Shown here: positions 12,579 to 25,750 of the stretch, in pieces
Numbering within the stretch: position 1 is the first letter of the stretch
How the letters are laid out: every line of letters begins with the position of its first letter
Assembly (NCBI GenBank): GCA_009914755.4
Contig: CP068257.2
Span: 15,456,001-15,520,000 of the forward strand
Direction of reading: 5' to 3'
Length of the DNA stretch: 64,000 nucleotides
From: the human T2T-CHM13v2.0 reference genome, Homo sapiens
The notes under the pieces: generated by a model
Seen by the model: only the letters and a program-made list of their open reading frames with translations
Told to the model about the DNA's origin: nothing
The model's database searches: none
Program-made: the position numbers and the translations under genes

Positions 12579-13683
12579 TTAAAAAAATTTCTAAATAAAT
12601 GAAGTTTCTTTTTTCAGCAAATATTTTTTAATAAGATCACCACTGATAGACCCATTAAAATCATGCAATTTATACTCCTCTCTTCCTAGACTCTTAACTT
12701 ACCTTGAAAATTAAGGCCACTGGAATGAAATAAAACCTATTAATGCCCCAGGAATCATTGCGCTTTGTAAGCCATTTGCCCCTCCGCTAACAGGTCCCAC
12801 AATAGTGTAATCTGTGATATTGGAGTTTGTTTCTGCTTTCTGCCTTCTCCTCCTGTCTATTCAGAATAGCATCATACTTATATTAACTTTATTATATATT
12901 TGCTATTTACTTAGTTTACCAATCTAAAACTACATTCATTTGACATTTAAGGGGGGAAAATAATTTGCACAGTCCCTACAATTCCATCCAAACGTTTCAC
13001 TTAATTAGCCTGTGCCCCAGGTATTAGATGTAGCAGTCAAGTCTGAAAAAAAATCAAATCAAGTAGGCTAAATGGAATGAATGTGTGAATTAACTTTAAA
13101 AATACCCTATTGCTGGAGGAGATGAAAAACAAAATGTATTGTTCTTTTGAATATACACGCCTTTTAAGAAAGTCGATGGCCTCTTTTAAAACAGCCTTAG
13201 AGAACTCTCAACCATCAGAGTCACAGGCATCCACATTTCTGGGATGGAAATCCATTCAGGGCTTCTGACATAGTATATGCAAGAAAAGCTCCTGCTTTCC
13301 AACTGTGATGCATCAAAGGAGGCTTTTCTACTCAGCTTGATGTTATAAATTCAAGTGAATAACAATAAACCAGAAGGTGGCTCTATGTTCCTTTTTTAAT
13401 TCTAATTGTTGGGAAAATAGTCTAGATTATTAAAATCCCCAGAGAATGACTATACATCCTCCCCATATCACAGGACGCTGGCAGTCTAAGCTCTGATTTA
13501 AAGGTATTCCAGTAGCATGCTTTTGGATGTTTTGATTAGTGTTATCCAAATTAATATTACTTAAGAATAAAAATCACCAATCCATTAACAACAATTTTAA
13601 AAGATCAAAATCTGTGTGTCAGAATTAACCTGTGCAAACTCTGGATGCATCCTATGCTATTATTTACTATCCCTTTGAGTTTA

Positions 13684-14165
<482 letters not shown>

Positions 14166-14274
14166 TCAGAAGGAACATGGCCAGTCTTTAACAGCAACTT
14201 CAGACAGCGACCTGAGCAAGGATAGTACCAGTGAATGGAGCAGATTACCAATTCCTTCCCACCTACCCTTTAAT

Positions 14275-15026
14275 TTTTTATTGTGATAAGAACATTTAAC
14301 TCAAGATCTATCTTCTTAACAAAGTTTTAAGGGCACAATATTGCTAATTACAGGAACAGTGTTATACAACAGATCTCTAGAATCTATTTATCTTGCATAA
14401 CTGACACCTTACACCCATTGATTAGCAGCTCCCTATTCCTTCCTCCTCTCGTCCCCTGGAAACCATCATTTTACTCTCTGCTTTGATGAATTTAACTATT
14501 TTATATGCCTCATGTAAGTAGAATCATGCAATATTTGTCCTTCTGCAGCTGGTTTATTCCACTTAGCATGATGTCAAAGTTCATCCCTGTTGTCACGTAT
14601 TGCAGGACTTCCTTCTTTTTTAAGGTGGAATAATATTTCATTGTATGTTCATGCCACATTTTCTTCATCCATTCATCAGTGATAAACATTTAACTTATTT
14701 CCACATCTTGGTTATTGTGAGCAGTGCTGTAGTGAACTTCGGAGTGTAAATATTTCCTCATCATCTCTATTCCAATTCTTTTAAATACCCAGAAGTGAAA
14801 TTGCTAGATCATATGGTAGTTCTACTTTTTTAATATTTAAAAAAGAAGTCTGTACTATTTTTCATAGAGGCTGCACCATTTTACATTTCCAACAACAGTG
14901 TAAAAGTGTTCCAATTACTCCACATCCTTGTCAACACTTATCTTTTATTTTGTTTTTATTATAGCTATTCTAACATATGTGAGGGGATATCTCATTGTGG
15001 TTTTTATTAATGTCTCCAAAGAAGTG
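14275..15026 (-). mobile_element. 3' end (ORF2 C-terminus plus 3'UTR) of an old L1M-type LINE-1, antisense
   Basis: Plus strand reads as the antisense of an L1M 3' region: ...GCATGATGTCAAAGTTCATCCCTGTTGTCACGTATTGCAGGACTTCCTTCTTTTTTAAGGTGGAATAATATTTCATTGTATG...CTGCACCATTTTACATTTCCAACAACAGTGTAAAAGTGTTCCAATTACTCCACATCCTTGTCAACACTT. The 3' terminus (reverse-complemented) TTTTTTATTGTGATAAGAACATTTAACTC is at 14275. Confidence 0.7.
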
Positions 15027-15241
15027 CAAGCCTGGGCATCATGAAGAAGCCATCTCTACAGAATATACAAAAATTAGTGAGGCATGGTGGTGTGTGCCTG
15101 TAGTCTGAGCTACTCATGAGGCTAAGGTGATAAGATCACTTGAGCCAAGGAGGCTCTGAGGCTGCAGTGAACCGTGATCATGCTACCACACTCCAGCCTA
15201 GGTGACAGAGTGATACCTTGTCTCAAAAAAAAAAAAAAAAA
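15027..15241 (+). mobile_element. 5'-truncated Alu (part of left monomer, full right monomer, poly-A)
   Basis: ...CCTGGGCATCATGAAGAAGCCATCTCTACAGAATATACAAAAATTAGTGAGGCATGGTGGTGTGTGCCTGTAGTCTGAGCTACTCATGAGGCTAAGGTGATAAGATCACTTGAGCCAAGGAGGCTCTGAGGCTGCAGTGAACCGTGATCATGCTACCACACTCCAGCCTAGGTGACAGAGTGATACCTTGTCTC(A)18. Immediately followed (15245-15330) by a short plus-strand L1 ORF2 scrap encoding ...SLIIREMQIKT... Confidence 0.85.
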
Positions 15242-16649
15242 ACAGTACAAGTGGCCAACAGATATATGAAAATATGCTCCTGCTCAACATTACTAATCAT
15301 CAGGGAAATGCAAATCAAACCCATCTGGTTTTTGAAAGCAGGATTTATGCTCCTGGATTGAGTAAACCTGAAGGGTTCTTGGACAATTTGGGATGAAGAA
15401 ATCTCAAGAAAAAAACATTTATTGGCACCAATAATAGCAGGTTGGAGGTCCCAAATAATTAACTGGAGAGAAAGAAAGGAATTCTAGCTACCTTATACTG
15501 GAGCATCAGTTCATAACAGCTAGATTATAGATTATGGTTTTTTTTTTTTTTTTTTTTTCAGAATTAGCCATTGATAATTCAGTTTCATAAATTGCCTGTT
15601 CTTATTCTTTGTCAGTTTTTAGCATACATTCTTTCCTAATTGTTGTGAAAGTTCCTTCATATATTTTGGCTCCTATTCTAATTTTTAACTCCTAATTGTT
15701 TTCCTTCCTTATAAAATCTAATCTCGTTTATTTTTTCTCACCATTTTTTGTCAGTTGCAAAGTGTATCCCTAGTCATTCTTCAATTCGTGGATTTACACA
15801 TTATTCACAGAAAGAAACCAAGGCCAAGGAGCAAGCTGAAATTCCACACATTTTAGCTCTTAAATCTATTATTTGACCCTAAAAGCTTGTTAATTCCTAT
15901 TAAGTGACCCAGAAACTTCTCAACAACCAGCATAGTTCAAAGCCAGTCTCTTAATTATTTATCTAGTTTCCCAGTCCTCTGAACTTGTGTTAGTTGAGTT
16001 CTTCAGGGCATTCTTTTTCTCATTTGGGCTTTTATTTTTTTGCTATGTCATAATAAAAATAATAAAATTGAGGAGCATATTGATTTGACTTGTGAGCTAA
16101 TGGGTCAGGAAAGGCACATCACTAAAAATAAGAGAAATTTCTGTTAGAATCATGTAAATTTCTCTTTTCCTATTTTAAAATACAAAAGTTCATTATTTTT
16201 AACTAGTTGAATGTTTCTTGTTAAGCTAGTTTCCAGTGTCTAGGTGGGTGCCAAGTCTATGAATTATTTGAATTAAAACCTGTGGAAGGATAGAAAATTA
16301 CACAAAAAGGGAATTGTTTATATATGTATATTATACCCTGTTGCTTTGGAGGCCTTGGCTTGACATTGCTCTTATTTTTCTATATAAATATGAGAAAGCC
16401 AATAAAATAATTAGAGCAAATTTTGAAAACACAGGATGGTGAAGTGCTCTTCTCTGCTCATATTTACCTGCCATTTTCTCAAGAGATTCAAGCCTTATTA
16501 CAATGCCAGATTTGCACACACAAAAGTAAAGTACAGTGAAAGTTGATTGTTATTTATCTTGGGATTCAGGGATTGGAAGACAGACAGTGGATGGGAGCGG
16601 GCAAGTTTGGCCAATTTAACCCACTTTTCTTCTGATGATCTGGAAAATA

Positions 16650-16765
16650 AAATAAATATGATCTTAGAACTTTAATCTCTTGTTACTCTACCCTTCCAGT
16701 GAGATGCCTTGCAAATCATAGACACTCAGTAAACATCTGTGTACTTATTCAATAAAAGGGGGCAC
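16650..16765. mobile_element. Possible MIR/ancient SINE tail fragment
   Basis: ...TGCCTTGCAAATCATAGACACTCAGTAAACATCTGTGTACTTATTCAATAAAAG resembles the conserved MIR 3' region (...GCACTCAATAAATGTT...). Weak and short. Confidence 0.25.
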
Positions 16766-18109
16766 TCACAATAGAATAATGGTAGTCTGTTTTTGTATGC
16801 ATGTCTTCCCTTTATCTATAATCCAACTCCTCTCACAAGTGTGGTTAAACACTCAGCACAGTACTCTCATCTCAGCTGTGATAAGTTTTCCTCAAAACTG
16901 AGAAAAAGAGACGATCAAATGTGGACTTCAGGTTTCATTTTGTCACCACAAAATTCTATTAACTTTCCCACCATCTGTACCAAATAACCTACTCTATCTT
17001 TTATAACTGATGAAACCTCCCTTATGAAATCTAGGACCAACCTCAATACTTGTGACTGTTCTTGACTACACAGACTTCAAACTTCCCCTTCCTGCATCAT
17101 CTTCTCCCTTTCTATGGGAATATTCTCAAGGCATACCAGCATGCCATAGTCGGTCCTTTCTGACAAATGCTCCCTCTAGTTACAACACAATTTCTCTCCT
17201 CCCCTTCACATATAATCTATCTCCTCAACCCATTCCAACTGGCATTTTCCCTGCCATGCCACTATACGTGATCTTGCCAAAGTCACCTCTGACTACTATC
17301 TCATAAAATCTAAGCACTCATTTTTCTCTGTTCTACTTGACATAAGTGACTACTCATCTTCATTCATTTTTTAACAAATATGTATTGATTATTTACTACC
17401 TGAGAATACTGAGAGTACTGGCCTAAGTGCTGGGGAGAAAGAAGTAAAAAAAAAAAAAAAAAATTGAAGAATACCCCTTCCTTGTAGAGTTTGCACTCCA
17501 AAAATAAGCAATGTAAATACATAAAATACGTGCTATACTAGAGAGTGATAAGTTCAAAGGTTCCTGAATCTGGTCTGGTGAGACAGAACACTCACACCAC
17601 AAGTCAAGCAAACCAACTTTAATATTCCCAGATAGGTAGCAAAGACAAACAGAAGCCAGGATGCATGGTAAGCCAGTCCCTCAAGGGTCAGGAAAACCTG
17701 CCCAGGACAAATGGAGTCTCCTCTGTAAATGCCCTTTATCACACCACAGCTGAGCAACCTTGAAAGCACTATGCTCTGGGTTTTGTACCCTGGGCATTTC
17801 TTGGCTCACTGACCCAAGCATTGCAGAATATCCTGTTCTGGGAAGAGGAAGACATAGCTCAAGTTGTTCCAGACATTTTCTCTTTATCTCAGGATATTGC
17901 ATTCTCAGTACATTCTGCCTAGTAATTGCCAATAAGAGGGAGATAAGCTGGCTTGGCCACGGTCATTTGGGACCTGTCTTTCAAGAGCAAAAGTTTACAA
18001 ATATAAAGTAGGAAAAGGGAATAAGAAGAATTGGGAAGAAGGTTTGACATTTTAGATAGTAAGATCAGGAAAGACCTTTCTAAAAGGTGACATTTTAGCA
18101 ATGATCAGA

Positions 18110-19110
18110 AGGAAGAAATTGACTTATCTAAGGAAACATAATTGCAGGCTTATGGGAGGAGCGAAGTAAGTGCAAAGGCCCAGAGGCGTAAGTGTGACTG
18201 GTGTACTAAAGAAAAAGCAAGAATACCACAGTGGAAAGGGTGGAGCAAGACGAACAGAGGGTGGCAAGAGATGAGGTCAGAGATGAAACTGAGGGCCAAC
18301 CCATAGTAAGCGCATTTTGGCTTTTATTCTACGTGAGATGAGAGACAAATTTTAAACAATGGAGAGATTCTATCTGTATTTAACAGAATAACTCCAGCTG
18401 CTTTGTTGTGACTAAACTGTAAAAGGGGTGAATGCAAAATTAGGGAGACCATGAAGTACTATTGCAATAATCCAGCAAAGTGCTGATGGTGGCATGAGGA
18501 GCATGGTATTGTGGGAGTGGCAAGAAGCGAAAGGGTTCTAGATGTATTTTTGAGGGTGCGCTGACAATATTTAATAAAAATCTGGATTGTGGGGGGCGAG
18601 AAAAAATGAGAGTTAAAGAATGACTACAAGATTTCCGACATGAAGAACAGATGATTCAATGAAGTAGAAAGCATTGCAAAATAGGCTTGGCAGGGAATTA
18701 TCTGGATCTCTGATTTGAATTTGTTAACTTTTAGAGGTCTATTAATTATCCTAGTGGAGATAGATAGAAGTCTGGAGTCTGGGAGAGAGGGTTGAGCTGA
18801 ACCTAATTTGGGGAAGATAAGGAGGAGCCAGCAACAAAGACAGAGAGCAGCCATTCAGGTAGGAGGAGAATAGGTGAATGTGGCCATTGAAATTCAAGTC
18901 AGTAAAGTGTTTCAGGAGAAGAGAGTAATCAACATGTCAAATGCTACAGTTATGTCAAAACAAATGAGGAGCACGCACTTTACAAGGATTTAGCAAAGTG
19001 AACTGATGGATTCCTGACTCTGGATAGGCTAGTGAAAGGCTGATTGGTGAGGAGTCAAGAGAGACCACTAGGGAGAAATTGGGTACAGAAAATGTAGACA
19101 ACTGTTCCCA
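18110..19110. mobile_element. Ancient LINE relic, probably LINE-2 (L2)-derived
   Basis: Stretch ...GTGCAAAGGCCCAGAGGCGTAAGTGTGACTGGTGTACTAAAGAAAAAGCAAGAATACCACAGTGGAAAGGGTGGAGCAAGA...GAGATGAGGTCAGAGATGAAACTGAGGGCCA...TATTGCAATAATCCAGCAAAGTGCTGATGGTGGCATGAGGA...GGATAGGCTAGTGAAAGGCTGATTGG resembles an L2 consensus region as I remember it (...CAAGGAGGCCAGTGTGGCTGGAGC...GGAGATGAGGTCAGAGAGGTAAC...GCTATTGCAATAATCCAGGCGAGAGATGATGGTGGCTTGGACCAGGG...). Identity is low. Confidence 0.4.
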
Positions 19111-19887
19111 GCAGTTTTGCTATAAAAAGAAAAAAAATGGAATAGTAGTAGGATGAGAGAGTACACTCAAGAGAAATAGTAGCATGTTCGTATGCTGATA
19201 AGATATTTCCCATCTCAGCCAATGGTAACCCCATCCTTCCAGTTGCTCTGGCCCAATTCTCAAAGCTATCGTTGATTCCTTTTTTTTTTTTCTGAGACTA
19301 CGCAGAAACAATGGAAAATTTTGATAGCTGTACTTTCAATATCCAGAAATAAAGAGAATTGAAAGAATTAGAAGACTCCCCATCTCTAATGAGTCTAAGA
19401 AATAATCATCAATGGCTGCTCAAAACCAAAGAGACTATAAGAATCACGTGCCTTCCAATAAGTATCCAACACCACCTCTGAAGAAAATCAAACCTGGATA
19501 CAATCAAGCCACTAGATATAACCACAAAGGCTCATAAATTATACGAGACAGAAGAACTTATGTGACCCAACAGGCACACAGTTAACATTATTCAGGGTGC
19601 GGCAAACTCCAGAGGACAAAGTGACCTAGTCTTCAGAAAATAAACTATAAGAGAAAAACAGAGAGAGAAGAGAGAGAGAAAGACAGCAAGCAAACCTAAA
19701 GGTTAAAAGACATAAAGGACATGGCAATATGCTTCTCCACAAAATGTGTGAATACTGTCTGAATAATGATTTAAACAAACCAATTTAAAAATTACAAGAC
19801 ATTTGGGGAAATTTGCACACTGAATGGATGTTTGATTATATTAAAGACACAATATTTTAGGTGTGACAATTCTGCTGTGGTTACACT

Positions 19888-20157
19888 TATTTATTTATTT
19901 GTTTGTTTATGTATTTATTTATCTATTTATTTTGAGACAGGGTCTCACTCTGTCACCCAGGCTGGCGTACAGTGGTGTGATCATGACTCACTGCAGCCTC
20001 AACTTCGTGGGCCAAGATAATCCTCCTGTCTCAGCCTTCCGAGCAGCTGGTTTTGCCATGTTGCCCGGGCTGGTCTCAGATTCCTGGGCTCAAGCAATCC
20101 TCCCGCCTCGGCTTCTCAAATTCCTGGGATTACAGGTGTGACCCACCACACCACGCC
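19888..20157 (-). mobile_element. Alu element (minus orientation) with degenerate T-rich tail and 14-bp TSD
   Basis: Plus strand reads the Alu reverse complement: TTTGAGACAGGGTCTCACTCTGTCACCCAGGCTGGCGTACAGTGGTGTGATCATGACTCACTGCAGCCTCAACTTC...GATTACAGGTGTGACCCACCACACCACGCCTG. The tail is the (TTTA/TTTG)n tract at 19888-19931. Flanked by CTGTGGTTACACTT (19874-19887) and CTGTGGTTACATTT (20158-20171). Confidence 0.9.
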
Positions 20158-20474
20158 TGTGGTTACATTTTTAAATTGCTTTTATCTTTTATACTAAAAT
20201 AATTACACAGTGAATAATATTATACCTGGTGATAGTTTCAAAACAATTCAATAGAGGGACGTAGAGGGGACAACTACAAATGCAAATGGATTGGCCATGA
20301 GTGGACCTTTGCAGGTAGATGGTTCGAATTCATGCTACTGTTCTCTCTCTCCACTTTTGTTTATGTCTCATGTTTCATCTAACAAGAAGCTTTTTTAACT
20401 CTATTAAAATTTGCTGTCATAATAACTAAAAAAGAGCAAAGAAAACAAATTGTTACAAAGGTGGCAAGAGAGGT

Positions 20475-20928
20475 GTCAGGCCTCTGAGCCCAAGCTAAGC
20501 CATCGCATCCCAGGTGACTTGCAGGTATATATGCCCAGATGGCCTGAAGTAACTGAAGAATCACAAAAGAAGTGAAAATGCCCTGCCCCACCTTAACTGA
20601 TGATATGCCACCACAAAAGAAGTGAAAATGGCTGGTCCTTGCCTTAAGTGATGACATTACCTTGTAAAAGTCCTTTTCCTGGCTCATCCTGGCTCAAAAA
20701 GCTCCCCTACTGAGCACCTTCCAACCCCCACTCCTGCCCATCAGAGAACAACCCCCTGTTGACTGTAATTTTCCTTTACCTACCCAAATCCTATAAAATG
20801 GCCCCACCCCTATCTCCCTTCGCTGACTCTCTTTTTGGACTCAGCCTGCCTGCACCCAGGTGATTAAAAGCTTTATTGCTCACACAAAGCCTGTTTGGTG
20901 GTCTCTTCACACGGACGCACATGAAATT
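20475..20928 (+). promoter_or_regulatory. HERV-H 5' LTR (LTR7) with TATA-like box (TATAAAA at 20792-20798) and U5
   Basis: Matches the LTR7 consensus throughout. It contains the characteristic internal direct repeat CACAAAAGAAGTGAAAATG twice. LTR7 is an established promoter in pluripotent cells. Confidence 0.8.
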
Positions 20929-20946
20929 TGGTGCCGTGACTCAGAT
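20929..20946 (+). other. Primer-binding site complementary to the tRNA-His 3' end
   Basis: TGGTGCCGTGACTCAGAT immediately 3' of the LTR. The canonical HERV-H PBS is TGGTGCCGTGACTCGGAT (one mismatch). Confidence 0.8.
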
Positions 20947-21439
20947 CGGGGGACCTCCCTTGGGAGATCAATCCCCTGTCCTCCTGCTCTTTGCTCCATG
21001 AAAAAGATCCACCTATGACCACGGGTCCTCAGACCCACCAGCCCAAGGAACATCTCACCAATTTTAAATCGGGTAAGCGGCCTCTTCTTACTCTCTTCTC
21101 CAACCTCTCTCACTATCCTTCAACCACTTTCTCCTTTCAATCTTGGTGCCACCCTTCAATCTCTCCCTTCTCTTAATTTCAATTCCTTTCATTTTCTGGT
21201 AGAGACAAAGGAGACACATTTTATCTGTGGACCCAAAACTCTGGCACCAGTCACAGACTCAAGAAGGCAGCCTTCCCTTGGTGTTTAATCATTGCAGGGA
21301 TGCCTCTCTGATTATTCACCCCCATTTCAGAGGTGTCCGACCACGCAGGGATGCCTGCCTTGGTCCTTTACCCTTAGCGGCAAGTACCGCTTTTCTGGGG
21401 GCAAGAACCCCCCAACCCCTTCTCTCTGTGTCTCTACCC

Positions 21440-21665
21440 TTTCTCTGCTTTTCTAGGGGCAAGAACCCCCTGATCCCTTATTTCTGTGCCCCAGGATCTT
21501 ATCTCTGCACCCTGATCCCTTATTTCCATGCCCCGACCTCTTATCTCTGTGCCCCGATCCCTTATTTCCATGGTCCAACCTCTTATCTCTGCACCCCTAC
21601 CCCTTATTTCTGCACCCTGACCTCTTATCTCTGTACCCCAACCCCTTATTTCCATGCCCCAACCC
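21440..21665 (+). repeat. Minisatellite (about 9 copies of a 21-24 bp unit) in the HERV-H leader/pre-gag region
   Basis: Alternating units CCCTTATTTCCATGCCCCGAC / CTCTTATCTCTGTGCCCCGAT repeated through 21440-21665. They produce the repetitive peptides seen in ORFs 21227-21883 (+; ...IPYFHAPTSYLCAP...) and 21434-21655 (-; ...EIRGRGAEIRGW...). Confidence 0.8.
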
Positions 21666-23067
21666 CTTTCCCGCTTTTCTGGAGGGTAAGAACTCCCAAA
21701 CCCCTTCCCTCCATGTCTCTAGTCTCTCTTTTCTCTGGGCTTGCCTCCTTCACTATGGGCAACCTTCCACCCTCCATTCCTCCTTCTTCTCCCTTAGCCT
21801 GTGTTCTCAAGAACTTAAAACCTCTTCAACTCACACCTGACCTAAAACCTAAATGCCTTATCTTCTTCTGCAATGCTGCTTGACCCCAATATAAACTCAA
21901 CAGTGGTTCCAAATAGCCAGAAAATGGCACTTTCCATTTATCCATCCTACAAGATCTAAATAACAATTGTCATAAAATGGGCAAACGGTCTGAGGTGCCT
22001 GATGTCCAGGCATTCTTTTATACTTTGTTGCCTCCCTAGTCTCTGTTCCCAATGTGACTCATCCCAGATCCTCCTTCTTTCCCTCCCACCTGTCCCCTCA
22101 GTCCCAACCCCAAGCGTTGCTGAGTCTTTCTAATCTTCCTTTTCTACAGACCCATCTGACCTCTCCCCTCATCGCCAGGCCGAGCCAGGTCCCAATTCTT
22201 CCTTAGCCTCTGCTCCCCAACCCTACAATCCTTTTATCACCTCGCCTCCTCACACCTGGTCCAGCTTACAGTTTCATTCAGCGACTAGCCTTCCCCCACC
22301 AGCCCAGCAATTTCCTCTTAAAAAGGTGGCTGGAGCTAAAGGCATAGTCAAGGTTAATGCTCCTTTTTCTTTATCTGACCTCTCCCAAAATCACTTCGCG
22401 TTTAGGATCTTTTTCATCAAATATAAAAACCCAGCCCAGTTCATAATTCGTTTGGCCGCAACCCTGAGACGCTTTACAGCCCCAGACCCTGAAAGGTCAG
22501 AAGGCTGTCTTATTCTCAATATGCATTTTATTTTATTACCCAGTCTGCTCCTGACATGAAATAAAGCTCCAAAAATTAAATTCTGGCCCTCAGACCCCAC
22601 AACAGGACTTAATTAACCTCACGTTCAAGGTGTACAATAATAGAGTAGAGGCAGCCAAGTAGCAATGTATTTCTGAGTTGCAATTCCTTGCCTCCACTGT
22701 GAGACAAACCCCAGCCACAACTCCAGCACACAAGAACTCCAAACACCTGAACCGCAGCTGCCAGGGGTTCCTCCAGAACCTCCTCCCCCAGGAGCTTGCT
22801 ACAAGGGCTGGAAATCTGGCCACTGGGCCAAGGAATGCCCACAGCCTGGGATTCCTCCTAAGCCATGTCCCATCTGTGTGGGATGCCACTGAAAATAGGA
22901 CTGTTCAACTCACCTGGCAGCCACTTCCAGAGCCCCTGGAACTCTGGCCCAAGGCTCCCTGACTGACTCCTTCCCTGATCTTCTCAGCTTAGCAGCTGAA
23001 GACTGACACTGCCTGATTGCCTCAGAAGCCTACAGGACCATCACAGATGCCCTAGATAACTCTCACA

Positions 23068-25750
23068 GTGGAGGGTAAGTCCATCCCCTTCTTAGTCAAT
23101 ACGGAGGCTACCCACTCCACATTACCTTCTTTTCAAGGGCCTGTTTCCCTTGCCTCCATAACTGTTGTGGGTATTGACAGCCAGGCTTCTAAACCTCTTA
23201 AAACTCCCCAACTCTGGTGCCAACTTAGAAAACATTCGTTTATGCACTCTTTTTTAGTTATCCCCACCTGCCCAGTTCCCTTATTAGGCCAAGACATTTT
23301 AACTAAGTTATCTGCTTCCCTGACTATTCCTGGACTACAGCTGCATCTCATTGCCACCCTTCTCCCCAACCCAAAGCCTCCTTTCCGTCTTCCTCTCATT
23401 TCCCCCCACCTTAACCCACACGTATGGGACATGTCTACTCCTTCCCTGGCAACTGATCACATGCCCCTTACCATCCCATTAAAACCTAATCACCCTTACC
23501 CCACTCAATGCCAATATCCCATCCCACAGCAAGCTTTAAAAGGATTAAAGCCTGTTATCACTCGCCTGCTACAGCATGGGCTTCTAAAACCTATAAACTC
23601 CCCTTACAATTCCCCCATTTCACCTGTCCTAAAACCAGACGTGGCTTACAGGTTAGTTCAAGATCTGCGCCTTATCAACAAAATTGTTTTGCCTATCCAC
23701 CCCGTGGTGCCAAACCCATATACTCTCCTATTCTCTATACATCCCTCCACAATCCATTAGTGTGTTCTAGATCTCAAACATGCTTTCTTTACTATTCCTT
23801 TGCACCCTTCATCCCAGCCTCTCTTCACTTTCTCTTGGACCGACCCTGACACCCATCAGGCTCAGCAAATGACCTGGGCTGTACTGATGCAAGTCTTCAC
23901 AGATGGCCCCTATTATTTCAGTCAAGCCCAAATTTCTTCCTCATCTGTTACCTCTCTTGACATCATAAAAACACATGTGCTCTCCCTGCTGACCATGTCC
24001 GGCTAATCTCCCAAACCCCAATCCCTTCTAAAACACAACAACTCCTTTCCTTCCTAGGCATGGTTAGTGTGGTCAGAATTCTTACACAAGAGCCGGGACC
24101 ACACCCTGTAGCCTTTCTGCCCAAACAACTTGACCTTACTCTTTTAGCCTAGCCCTCATGTCTGCGTGCAGTGGCTGCCACTGCTTTAATACTTTTAGAG
24201 GCCCTAAAAATCACAAACTATGCTCAACTCACTCTCTACAGTTCTCATAACTTCCAAAATCTATTCTCTTCCTCACACCTGATGCATATACTTTCTGCTC
24301 CCCGGCTCCTTCAGCCGTACTCACTCTTTGTTGAGTCTCCCACAATTACCATTGTTCCTGGCTCAGACTTCAATCTGGCCTCCCACATTATTCCGGATAC
24401 CACACCTGACCCTCATGACTGTATGTCTCTGATCCACCTGATGTTCACCCCATTTCCCCACATTTCCTTCTTCCCTGTTTCTCACCCTGATCACACTTGG
24501 TTTATTGATGGCAGTTCCACCAGGCCTAATCGCCACTCACCAGCAAAGGCAGGCTATGCAATAGTATCTTCCACATCTGTTATTGAGGCTACCACTCTGC
24601 CCCCCTCCACTACCTCTTAGCAAGCCAAACTAGTTGCCTTAACTCAGGCCCTTACTCACTGTTGCAAAAGGACAATGCGTCAATATTTATACTGACTCTA
24701 AATATGCCTTTCATATCCTGCACCACCATGCTATTATATAGGCTGAAAGAGGTTTCCTCACTAGCAAGGGTCCTCCATCATTAATGCCTCTTTAATAAAA
24801 ACTCTGCTCAAGGCCGCTTTACTTCCAAAGGAAGCTGAAGTCATTCACTGCAAAGGCCATCAAAAGGGGTTAGATCCCATTGCTCTAGGCAATGCTTATG
24901 CTGATAAGGTGGCTAGACAAGCAGCTAGCTTTCCACCTTCTGTCCCTCATGGCCAGTTTTTCTCCTTCACATCAGTCACTCCCACCTACTCTCCCGCTGA
25001 AACTTCCACCTATCAATCTCTTCCCACACAAGGCAAATGGTTCTTAGACCAAGGAAAATATCTCCTTCCAGCCCCACAGGCCCATTCTATTCTGTCGTCA
25101 TTTCATAACCTCTTCCATGTAGGTTACAAGCCGCTAACCCATCTTGTAGAACCTCTCATTTCCTTTCCATCCTGGAAATCTATCCTCAAGGAAATCACTT
25201 CTCAGTGTTCCATTTGCTATTCTACTACCCCTCAGGGATTGTTCAGGCCCCCTCTCTTTCCTACACATCAAGCTTGAGGATTTGCCCCTGCCCAAGACTG
25301 GCAAATTGACTTTACTCACATGCCCCAAGTCAGAAAACTAAAATATCTCTTAGCCTAGGTAGACACTTTCACTGGATAGGTAGAGGCCTTTCCTACAGGG
25401 TCTGAGAAGGCCACTGCGGTCATTTCTTCCCTTCTGTCAGACATAATTCCTCGGTTTGGCCTTCCCACCTCTATACAGTCCGATAGCACACCAGCCTTTA
25501 TTAGTCAAATCAGCCAAGCATTTTTTCAGACTCTTAGTATTCAGTGAAACCTTTATATCCCTTACAGTCCTCAGTCTTCAGGAAAAGTAGAACAGACTAA
25601 TAGTCTTTTAAAAACACCTCACCAAGCTCAGCCACCAACTTAAAAAGGACTAGACAATACTTTTACCACTTGCCCTTCTCAGAATTCAGGCCTGTCCTCA
25701 GAATGCTACAAGGTACAGACCATTTGAGCTCCCGTAGAGACGCTCCTTTA
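23068..25750 (+). pseudogene. HERV-H pro-pol remnant (protease, reverse transcriptase, RNase H, integrase fragments; multiple frameshifts/stops)
   Basis: ORFs 23068-23760, 23508-23849, 24171-24620 and 24909-25277 plus intervening frames carry gammaretrovirus-like PR/RT/RNaseH/IN motifs as listed for the provirus. No frame is intact across a whole domain set. Confidence 0.75.

Noticed and set aside
20560-20635. Direct repeat CACAAAAGAAGTGAAAATG(C/G)C within the HERV-H 5' LTR, and again in the 3' LTR, as a possible regulatory tandem
   Set aside because: This duplication is a native feature of the LTR7 consensus itself, not a locus-specific event.
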